Part shown: positions 56,020 through 63,211 of the stretch, in pieces
Layout: each line of letters starts with the position of its first letter
Numbering within the stretch: the stretch's first letter is position 1
Virus record (IMG/VR): IMGVR_UViG_3300045988_164457
Span: 32,001-96,000 of that record
Reading direction: 5' to 3' (one strand)
DNA length: 64,000 nucleotides
Source of the DNA: a virus
The notes under the pieces: generated by a model
Told to the model about the DNA's origin: nothing
Seen by the model: only the letters and a program-made list of their open reading frames with translations
The model's database searches: none
Made by a program: the position numbers and the translations under genes

Positions 56020-56529
56020 TTATGCATTTTCCATCATAAATTTCTCTCGGTTAAGAATTTCACAAGCTTTTTCTGCCGCTTCTTCGGTGAAATAAACAAC
56101 TAAATAACTATACGTATAACACTGTACGTATATAAAACGCTTACTTACATTGTCATAAACCACAACCCATTTACATTCATCTTCATCCCCCCAATTAGGA
56201 AAATAATCAGGACACAACAGCTCGTGAAGCTGCATTAATTTATTTTGAACTTTGAGAACGTTGTTACTATACCATTCGAGATGTTTTTGTGTTTTGTTAT
56301 TTAATTGATATACATTGTTGAAATCCATTCTCTGTTTTTCTACTAACGCATCTTCCAAATATGTATTACAAACACAGCCAAACGAATCAATGTAGTTATA
56401 CGCTTCATAATGCTTAGGTATCCATATAGTTTCATTCTTTTCAGCAAGTTCAACCTTGAGCTTTTCAATTTCTTCCGTCATTGCTTTACAGTTGGCTTCA
56501 AGTTCTGCAATTCTTTCTTCTGGTGTCAT
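56020..56529 (-). CDS. Hypothetical protein (N-terminal coiled coil)
   Basis: 169-aa ORF. Confidence 0.5.
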   Translation of the reverse strand: MTPEERIAELEANCKAMTEEIEKLKVELAEKNETIWIPKHYEAYNYIDSFGCVCNTYLEDALVEKQRMDFNNVYQLNNKTQKHLEWYSNNVLKVQNKLMQLHELLCPDYFPNWGDEDECKWVVVYDNVSKRFIYVQCYTYSYLVVYFTEEAAEKACEILNREKFMMENA

Positions 56530-56545
56530 TATTAATTACCTCCGT

Positions 56546-56893
56546 TTAAAATGAAATATTTTCAGGATTATAAATTTGCTGAAGTTTATAGAAAACATCA
56601 CAGCTTTCTATTAAAGCTCTACTATAATCATTATGATAAGTAGTTAAAATCACCTTACAGCCATCATAAAAAGGTACAATTCGCTTACATTTCCAAAGTT
56701 TTTTATTGTCATCATATTTTATTTTAAACCAATGACCGTTTTTATCGAAAGGACTATTAAGTGTTCTTACAGCATATTCAATATCTTCGTCATCTTCATT
56801 ATTTGTGTTGCTACTCATTTTAATTATTTTTAGGGTGTCATCTAATTCAAAATGAGTCCAATCACTATCAATATGAATATCAATCTCTATCAT
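56546..56893 (-). CDS. Hypothetical protein
   Basis: 115-aa ORF with an AAGGAAGTGA RBS. Confidence 0.5.
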   Translation of the reverse strand: MIEIDIHIDSDWTHFELDDTLKIIKMSSNTNNEDDEDIEYAVRTLNSPFDKNGHWFKIKYDDNKKLWKCKRIVPFYDGCKVILTTYHNDYSRALIESCDVFYKLQQIYNPENISF

Positions 56894-56905
56894 TTATTCA
56901 CTTCC

Positions 56906-57067
56906 TTATTTATTATTCTTTATTCCTTTCAAAAGTCTATATTGTCTTTCAGAGCAATAACCACCCTTATACAAACGTTCTAAATTAATTGTATTGCGTA
57001 ATACTTTAGTCTGAAAAAGATACCACGGAACAAATGTTAAACGTTCTAAAAGTTGCTTTGTCTTCAT
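56906..57067 (-). CDS. Possible small protein (53 aa, below the ORF-track cutoff)
   Basis: Hand-translated as MKTKQLLERLTFVPWYLFQTKVLRNT..., preceded by an AGGTGA RBS. Confidence 0.35.
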   Translation of the reverse strand: MKTKQLLERLTFVPWYLFQTKVLRNTINLERLYKGGYCSERQYRLLKGIKNNK

Positions 57068-57098
57068 TTATTATCACCTACACAAAATCAGAATTTTA

Positions 57099-57362
57099 TT
57101 AAGTTCTTTCCCATTCATCATATGTAAACTTACCAACAACATAAGCAGTAGGTTCATCTATACCAAAAGCATTGAAGATACTCTTCATCTTTTCCTTATC
57201 TGTTACATCTACTGCAAAACTATCACACAGACAGGTCGCAAGTGTTTTGCCACGCTTTGTATTTGTCTTGACTAAATCCCCAGCTTTGAGCGTTTTGTCT
57301 TCAGGAACAAGGAATACATATTTTGCTCCACAGTTTTCGTGTTTTACTATTACAACGTTCAT
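57099..57362 (-). CDS. Hypothetical protein
   Basis: 87-aa ORF with a GAGAGGTGA RBS. Confidence 0.5.
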   Translation of the reverse strand: MNVVIVKHENCGAKYVFLVPEDKTLKAGDLVKTNTKRGKTLATCLCDSFAVDVTDKEKMKSIFNAFGIDEPTAYVVGKFTYDEWERT

Positions 57363-57632
57363 TATTCGTCACCTCTCAATAACCAATCTATACTTGTGGC
57401 TTCCGTATCCTTATAAGAATTTCAACTCACACACCCGTGAGGGTGTGACTCTCAACTTTAGCATCAGGCGTTCCGCAAAAATAACAGATAAGACAACATG
57501 CTATTGAAAGAAGAACACTTTGCAATTCACGCAAAAATGAAAGAGTGAGCGTATTGTATGAGGGTAAGCTTAACGAGATCAATATTTATATGGGTATTGA
57601 CACAATATTGCATAGTATCGTCTTATCTGTTT

Positions 57633-57717
57633 TGGTACTCCCAGACGGATTCCAACCGTCACACCTTTCGGTACTTGATTTTGAGTCAAGCGTGTCTTGC
57701 AATTTCACCATAGGAGC
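57633..57717 (-). tRNA. tRNA-Leu (anticodon CAA), type II with long variable arm, CCA encoded
   Basis: Hand-folded as GCTCCTA-TG-GTGAAATTGCAAGACAC-G-CTTGA-CTCAAAA-TCAAG-TACCGAAAGGTGT-GACGG-TTGGAAT-CCGTC-TGGGAGT-A-CCA. The D-arm is close to that of bacterial tRNA-Leu. Confidence 0.85.
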
Positions 57718-57876
57718 AGATGAGTGCCTGATTATCCTCACAGGCTTTTGGGCGGTTCATTCTAAAGTTTATCCTCATCCGCTAAAACCACAAAGTCGCT
57801 ATCCGTCTCGTGAACTACTCGCCTACTCTTGTTCTACAAACAACCCTAATGTTGCTGTTTTCTCCAATTTCAGATT

Positions 57877-57953
57877 TGGTCTCCCAAGTGGAACTCGAAT
57901 CCACACTGTCAGAATTTTAAGTTCTGTGTCTCTGCCGATTGGACTATTGGGAG
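57877..57953 (-). tRNA. tRNA with anticodon UAA (Leu codons UUA/UUG) but a short type-I variable arm
   Basis: Hand-folded as CTCCCAA-TA-GTCCAATCGGCAGAGAC-A-CAGAA-CTTAAAA-TTCTG-ACAGT-GTGGA-TTCGAGT-TCCAC-TTGGGAG-A-CCA. All stems are perfect. Confidence 0.7.
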
Positions 57954-58163
57954 ATATTTAAACCACTTAGCAGGTTTTTCATCCGCTCAAAGTCGCTATT
58001 TGTTAATATGAAACCTCATATTCGATTTTTAGTGCCAACAGAATACGACTTGTTATTACTGTTCAGACACTTAATACATATTTAATGAAATATCAGCGCC
58101 AACTGATACGACAAAATATGTATTAGGTTGGAGACACCTTGACGGTATCAATCCTCGCACCAA

Positions 58164-58237
58164 TGGTACACCATATCGGTTCTGCCCCGATGTTTAACGA
58201 TTAAAAGTCGTTTGTTCTACTATTGAACTAATGGTGC
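58164..58237 (-). tRNA. tRNA-Lys (anticodon UUU) with non-canonical D- and T-loops
   Basis: Hand-folded as GCACCAT-TA-GTTC-AATAGTA-GAAC-A-AACGA-CTTTTAA-TCGTT-AAAC-ATCGG-GGCAGAA-CCGAT-ATGGTGT-A-CCA. The T-loop lacks TTC and the D-loop lacks GG. Confidence 0.6.
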
Positions 58238-58308
58238 TTATTCCTGACTTTTTATACGGAAGTCAGTGAAACCGTTTATGGAGGTTATACCAGAATGAAA
58301 CTAACATT

Positions 58309-58382
58309 TGGTTGGGACACTCTGATTTGAACAGAGGATCACGGAGTCAAATTCCGATGCCTTACCACTTGGCTATGCCCCA
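58309..58382 (-). tRNA. tRNA-Gln (anticodon UUG), CCA encoded
   Basis: TGGGGCATAGCCAAGTGGTAAGGCATCGGAATTTGACTCCGTGATCCTCTGTTCAAATCAGAGTGTCCCAACCA is closely similar in layout to bacterial tRNA-Gln. Confidence 0.85.
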
Positions 58383-58436
58383 ATATTTATTTTAAAGCCT
58401 AATTTTATCATTTACTTATCATTTGATTACATATAT

Positions 58437-58465
58437 ATGATACTCGATGATTCTGCATTTGTCAA
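58437..58465 (-). promoter_or_regulatory. Promoter of the tRNA cluster
   Basis: On the minus strand: TTGACA, 17 nt, TATCAT, about 55 nt upstream of tRNA-Gln. It is flanked by AT-box copies at about 58483-58500 and about 58404-58422. Confidence 0.55.
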
Positions 58466-58536
58466 GTGCTTTTGCAAATATTTTATTATTTACTTTGTTT
58501 TATGTATTGGAAGTGAAAATCACTTCCATATTTCTC

Positions 58537-59505
58537 TTAATCTTCTGCCTTCTCAATACTCTGTCTGAACTTATTGTATTCGCTCACCATACGATATGCT
58601 TTGGTCACTGAAGTATTGAATGTCCGAGCATATGTTTCTGCACTATTCATGTCTCCAGAAAAGACATAATCATTTTTTCTTTCATACTGATACATTTTAT
58701 TGAACATACCTGCTTTTTTAACATTGGGAGCTTCCAGTCGCACATCCTGTATAGATGCCCCCATTGCGTTCCACTTTAAATTTACGAAACTTGATTTCTT
58801 TTCGGAATTAAATAAATTATCATATGTCCAATTCTTTGTTTTTCTTTTATACTGTCTTTTTACGCTATTTTGCTCATCTGCCTGCAATTCTAATATTTCC
58901 GAATACAGGTCATCAATAAACTGAATTTCCTCATCTGAAAGTTCAATAGACTTTCCATTGACGGTCAGCTGTTTGGTACTGATTATATTCCTTGCATCAG
59001 ACAATGTAATAGAAATCATATCATCTGTTGTAAGTTGCTCCCAAAGAAATACATTAAATACATTGAATTTCTTTTGTCGCACAACTAAACTTTTATACAT
59101 TTTTTCGGATAATTCAGATTCTTGCAGAATAAGATACTCCTCTTCTGCTTGAGTTAACGCCTGTTTCAATTCTGAAAAAGTAGCAAAGTATTCATCTTTA
59201 CCGCTTTCGGTTTTTATATTGGATACTATACTTTTAAGTCTATTGACTTCGTAAAAACTATCCTTTATGGATAAATCATAAGTCTTATTTACCCATCTAT
59301 AATAATTACACAGAACGCCGTATAAAGCGTTTAAGGTAGTAATTTTCTTCTTGTCGGCTTCTATTACATCGGCGATTTCCTCAGCTGACATATCAAATAT
59401 ATTTTTATCTACTTTATTCAAAGCAGATATTCTTAGTGCGTAATTACCAAAACTGGGATTCTTTTCAATAATATGCTGACAATATTCTTCAAAGTATGGT
59501 ACCAT
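58537..59505 (-). CDS. Hypothetical protein (N-terminus faintly like an integrase SAM-like core-binding domain)
   Basis: 322-aa ORF with its own promoter. No catalytic motif was recognised. Confidence 0.5.
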   Translation of the reverse strand: MVPYFEEYCQHIIEKNPSFGNYALRISALNKVDKNIFDMSAEEIADVIEADKKKITTLNALYGVLCNYYRWVNKTYDLSIKDSFYEVNRLKSIVSNIKTESGKDEYFATFSELKQALTQAEEEYLILQESELSEKMYKSLVVRQKKFNVFNVFLWEQLTTDDMISITLSDARNIISTKQLTVNGKSIELSDEEIQFIDDLYSEILELQADEQNSVKRQYKRKTKNWTYDNLFNSEKKSSFVNLKWNAMGASIQDVRLEAPNVKKAGMFNKMYQYERKNDYVFSGDMNSAETYARTFNTSVTKAYRMVSEYNKFRQSIEKAED

Positions 59506-59535
59506 ATAATCGTCCTTTCTATATTCACTAAATCA

Positions 59536-59564
59536 ATTTTATCATCTTCTTTCTGATTTGTCAA
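59536..59564 (-). promoter_or_regulatory. Sigma-A type promoter
   Basis: On the minus strand: TTGACA, 17 nt, TAAAAT, between the MazF stop and the next gene's RBS (GAAAGGA). Confidence 0.5.
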
Positions 59565-59570
59565 GATAAA

Positions 59571-59996
59571 TTATACAGAATACGCAGAATTATTTTCCAG
59601 ACCAAAGCTTGCAGCGATGGCTCTATCGATACAAGTCATCATTCTTTCCCCAAGCTTTCCTGCCCAGCTCAGAACTCGGCTCTTATCAATAGTTCTTATC
59701 TGCTCCGTCATTACAGTAGTAGGCTTTGTTAATCCTGTCTCTACAGATGGGTTTATACTTACGTGTGTTACCATTGGCTTTTTCTCCTTACTGGTCATGA
59801 TAGCCACTATAAGGCATGGTGAGTGTTTATTTCCTACTTCATTTTGTATTATTACGGCTGGACGGATATCACCTTGTTCTGAGCCGACCGTATCTCCAAA
59901 ATCAACCCAGACAATATCGCCACGGTGATATTCCATCACAGTTGAATGATACTTATTATCATAATGTCTAAAATTAGTTGAGCTATTAGCAATCAT
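59571..59996 (-). CDS. mazF: MazF/PemK-family endoribonuclease toxin
   Basis: 'RGDIVWVDFGDTVGSEQGDIRPAVIIQNEVGNKHSPCLIVAIMTS...TEQIRTIDKSRV' aligns along its length with B. subtilis EndoA/MazF. It carries a 20-aa N-terminal extension if the ATG at 59996 (after an AAAGGAG RBS) is used. Confidence 0.85.
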   Translation of the reverse strand: MIANSSTNFRHYDNKYHSTVMEYHRGDIVWVDFGDTVGSEQGDIRPAVIIQNEVGNKHSPCLIVAIMTSKEKKPMVTHVSINPSVETGLTKPTTVMTEQIRTIDKSRVLSWAGKLGERMMTCIDRAIAASFGLENNSAYSV

Positions 59997-60101
59997 TTTT
60001 TATTTTCTCCTTTCATTCAGATTAGCAGTAATTCCGTTGTTCCTCGTTTTATTATCTATATTTTATCATTTACATATTTTTATTTATACTATATTTTGTG
60101 T

Positions 60102-60521
60102 CTAAATTGCAAATTCTATCATTTCAGAGAGATTGTTAAAAAGCAATATTCCGTCTTCTCTGACTTGACAATAATCTGTTCCTGTTAATTCATCGGATCT
60201 TATCTCCCCTTCCAGTTCGTATTTATCTTTGACAATATTTCTTAAAATTGGCTTGAACCACTGTGTAAAGGCTATTCCAAGGATATTATCATATGTATCT
60301 TCTATAATATATACTATATTATTACCTTTCATCAATTCAAATTCCACCTTCTCTTTGTGAGGTGTGATATTGAGATGAGTTTCTTCGCTGGTGTCGGTAT
60401 CGATATTTTTTATATTTGTATAAATGCGTTTGACTTTTTTACCATCTATAAATGTGAGAAATTCAATTTTTCCGTTTTTAAAATATTGGGACAACTGATT
60501 TTTTATGTCTTCTGTATTCAT
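60102..60521 (-). CDS. Hypothetical protein
   Basis: The listed ORF runs to 60539; the ATG at 60521 follows an AAAGGA RBS. No motif was recognised. Confidence 0.5.
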   Translation of the reverse strand: MNTEDIKNQLSQYFKNGKIEFLTFIDGKKVKRIYTNIKNIDTDTSEETHLNITPHKEKVEFELMKGNNIVYIIEDTYDNILGIAFTQWFKPILRNIVKDKYELEGEIRSDELTGTDYCQVREDGILLFNNLSEMIEFAI

Positions 60522-60679
60522 TTTTATCGATCCTTTCATATCATTTACAAAACTTTCGCTTAAATTGCCACACTATTCCCTTATATACGGACTTGCCATA
60601 AGGGAACGAGAAAACATTCCCATTGGCATTTATCCATATTTGATGGCTTCCGTTACCGTTTCTGAAAAATGTAAAACCA

Positions 60680-61096
60680 TTATCCGTTAGCATTGCGAGA
60701 AACTTTCTGATATCCATTCTGCATTCCTCTCAACATATTTTTAGCTTTATTTGTCGCAAGATTGTGTTCATACTCCTTTAATGCAATAAATAACTCCACT
60801 TCATCTCCATATGAGTCAACATTGCAAACATAACATTCGACAGGATATGGATTTTCATCATAAATCTTATCGAGTGCTGCTTTCATTTCCACATCATCAA
60901 CTATATAATATTTACCGCCACGATGACATACAATGAAGGGCTTTAATTTTATCTTATCAAAATCACGAACATATTGTTCCACCCAATATTTACATGGGTT
61001 TTGATGATAACCGCCATTTTCCATAGTCATTATAAAAAGTTCATTTGACATTAAGGTACGTTTGGTAAAATCATAAGGAAGATTGTATATTTTCAT
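60680..61096 (-). CDS. Hypothetical protein, possible ParB/Srx-fold
   Basis: 'PFIVCHRGGKYYIVDDVEMKAALDKI' resembles the ParB N-terminal 'v..g.y.viDG.hR..A' segment, but the GxxR residues are absent. Confidence 0.35.
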   Translation of the reverse strand: MKIYNLPYDFTKRTLMSNELFIMTMENGGYHQNPCKYWVEQYVRDFDKIKLKPFIVCHRGGKYYIVDDVEMKAALDKIYDENPYPVECYVCNVDSYGDEVELFIALKEYEHNLATNKAKNMLRGMQNGYQKVSRNANG

Positions 61097-61108
61097 TTTA
61101 GACCTCCA

Positions 61109-61504
61109 TTACTTCAAGCACAGAATATCTGCTACTTCGTCAATAGTTATTTCCCTGTATGTATTATCTCTAAGGTCAATTATAAAGCAGATGCAAGGCT
61201 TCTCTTCCTTATACTTATAAAACTGTTCTATTATCATTGAATCCCAATCTGTTCCCCTTCGAGTTAATCCCTCGGTCTTATAAGCACAACTTTCATTATA
61301 GCCAAGGAAGATAGTTCTTCCGTATTTTTCTGTATTTCTTGATTTAATTTCAGAGAGTGTATTCTCAGCTATCATAATACTTGACAGCTTTTCTACTTCA
61401 TCTCGAAGATACTTTTCGTCTGCCTTTACTTTACCATTATAACCAATAAACTGGGCATATTTGTTGAGCATCTCATCATATATATTCATTTCAAATTCCT
61501 CCAA
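61109..61504 (-). CDS. Hypothetical protein
   Basis: 131-aa ORF. Confidence 0.5.
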   Translation of the reverse strand: MEEFEMNIYDEMLNKYAQFIGYNGKVKADEKYLRDEVEKLSSIMIAENTLSEIKSRNTEKYGRTIFLGYNESCAYKTEGLTRRGTDWDSMIIEQFYKYKEEKPCICFIIDLRDNTYREITIDEVADILCLK

Positions 61505-61511
61505 TCAGGCT

Positions 61512-61766
61512 TTAAGCCAATGATATTGTTGTCTGTGTACGATCTGCGAGAGTGTCAATAACGATATTTCCGCAAACGGTGGGAAATATAGCTGTTACTC
61601 TCTCGCCTTTTTTTACTTCATCGTAATGCTTAGAAACATTTTCAGCCCACATACCTTTTATATGTGCATAAAGAGCCATAGCAACATCTTTTGCAAGCAT
61701 AGGATTTTCCTTCTGCTTTGTCTTGAGGTCATCGCTGACCTTGTATTTTCCTATCTGTAACACCAT
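61512..61766 (-). CDS. Hypothetical protein
   Basis: 84-aa ORF. Confidence 0.5.
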   Translation of the reverse strand: MVLQIGKYKVSDDLKTKQKENPMLAKDVAMALYAHIKGMWAENVSKHYDEVKKGERVTAIFPTVCGNIVIDTLADRTQTTISLA

Positions 61767-62323
61767 TATCGATCCTTTCTTATTACTGGAAATTTGCCTT
61801 TATATCCGATAGTTTTAAGAGCTATATATCTCGTATATCCATCTTGCAGAACATTATCTTTATTTACCTTAATTGGTTTCCCATCGAGATAATCCGACAA
61901 TGTATATTTCTCAACAGCTGTCTTTATCTGCTCAATACACTTGTCAATTTTTTCTTTTTTAGGTGGACTAACTTCAAAGATTTTAGGAACTGATATTTCA
62001 TCAACACTCAACCAATCTGCTGTAGCTGAGAGCCTATGAAGAAATTCTTCTCGGTTTGTTTCTTCCACCAAAACAGCCTTGACTTCTTTTATACCGTCTC
62101 TCACGGCTATGGTATAATCCTTCCATCCGGTTATAAGGTTATATGTACCGTTATCATTCTTATGGACGATAACAAGGAGATTTTTAACTGATTTCTGCAA
62201 TCCAAAGATTGTTGAAGAATCATTCTTGGTATGAATATCAGATATCATTCTGATCTGGCTCACAGGTATGAGTTCATAATTTTTTCTTTTTCGAGATAAT
62301 GCTCTAAATTCTTTAATGGTCAT
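61766..62323 (-). CDS. ParB N-terminal domain-like protein
   Basis: 'ELIPVSQIRM...LLVIVHKNDNGTYNLITGWKDYTIAVRDGIKEVKAVLVE' fits the ParB-N layout. Confidence 0.5.
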   Translation of the reverse strand: MTIKEFRALSRKRKNYELIPVSQIRMISDIHTKNDSSTIFGLQKSVKNLLVIVHKNDNGTYNLITGWKDYTIAVRDGIKEVKAVLVEETNREEFLHRLSATADWLSVDEISVPKIFEVSPPKKEKIDKCIEQIKTAVEKYTLSDYLDGKPIKVNKDNVLQDGYTRYIALKTIGYKGKFPVIRKDR

Positions 62324-62337
62324 TTAAATCATTCCTT

Positions 62338-63180
62338 TCAAATCTTATATCCAGATAATCTTTCAAATTCTTCCAATCCAAGGTTGAGGTCAAGCCATTT
62401 CTGACGAAGCTTCAAAGGGTTTACTGTCATATAATATTTTAATGTTGTATTAAGGTCGGCGTGAGCTACGGCTATAGAAGCAACTGCTGCATTTCTATCG
62501 TCCTCCCAGCCTCGTGATATAAACTCGCAAAAAGTTTTCCGCATAGCATGAGACGAATAATGCCCCATGATGCCAAGCTTTTGAGTTATTGCTTTAAGCC
62601 ATCTGCCGATTGATGATACAGTCATAGGGGCAATTTCCCTCTCACTTCCTTTTTCATCGTACCTCTCCCCTGTTGTGATTACATCTGCGATTTCTCCGTA
62701 TTCATCATATATAAATTCATCGAAATATGTTCTACGGTTTCCATCACCTCTAAAAAGATAATTTTCAGAAGTTAATCCCTTACGATCAATAAGGTACTTG
62801 AGAACAGTCTTTACTGCTTTATTAAAATACACAGGTCTTGCTTTATCTGTCTTCTGTTCAGCGATATACTTAATATCAAGAATGTTTCCTTTCTCATCTG
62901 TCACATCTTTCACTCTGAATGAAAGAATGTCGCCACAACGATAGCCTGTATTTATTCCGAAAACAAACATTGCTGCTTTATGGTATGCTTTTTCTTCAAA
63001 ACACTGACGGATAACAGCGTTGATATCGTTCTCGTACATAAATGCGTCCGCAGAATGTTTGGTGGGTGCTTCTACATCGGTAACAACAACTTGTCTATGT
63101 GCTACTTTACGCCTATTTTTTCGAGATGATATATCAATAATATTGGCTGTTCCGTTGTTATAGGCTATCGCTGCGTTCAT
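62338..63180 (-). CDS. Tyrosine recombinase, catalytic domain only (no recognisable SAM-like N-domain)
   Basis: 'GYRCGDILSFRVKDV' supplies the Arg, 'YSSHAMRKTF' the HxxR, and 'AHADLNTTLKYY' the His...Tyr. Confidence 0.8.
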   Translation of the reverse strand: MNAAIAYNNGTANIIDISSRKNRRKVAHRQVVVTDVEAPTKHSADAFMYENDINAVIRQCFEEKAYHKAAMFVFGINTGYRCGDILSFRVKDVTDEKGNILDIKYIAEQKTDKARPVYFNKAVKTVLKYLIDRKGLTSENYLFRGDGNRRTYFDEFIYDEYGEIADVITTGERYDEKGSEREIAPMTVSSIGRWLKAITQKLGIMGHYSSHAMRKTFCEFISRGWEDDRNAAVASIAVAHADLNTTLKYYMTVNPLKLRQKWLDLNLGLEEFERLSGYKI

Positions 63181-63211
63181 AGTGATTTTCCCTCCGTATC
63201 AAAGTATGTAA

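Noticed and set aside
57431-57520. Fifth tRNA around the GC-rich hairpin and an 'AAGCCA' end
   Set aside because: I could not build an acceptor stem or a T-arm. Only an isolated 7-bp hairpin is present.
57877-57953. Suppressor tRNA or stop-codon recoding
   Set aside because: Anticodon UAA reads the UUA Leu codon, not a stop codon. All large genes translate as long uninterrupted ORFs under the standard code.
57172-57961. Plus-strand ORFs of 111 aa and 138 aa in the tRNA region
   Set aside because: They overlap hand-folded tRNA genes on the other strand. Neither has an RBS or a recognisable domain, and the 138-aa ORF starts at a GTG.
58509-58527. Hairpin GGAAGTGA-AAA-TCACTTCC as the terminator of the 322-aa gene
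   Set aside because: The stem is good, but no U-tract follows it on the transcribed (minus) strand. It was left unannotated as a terminator and may still be a processing or pause element.
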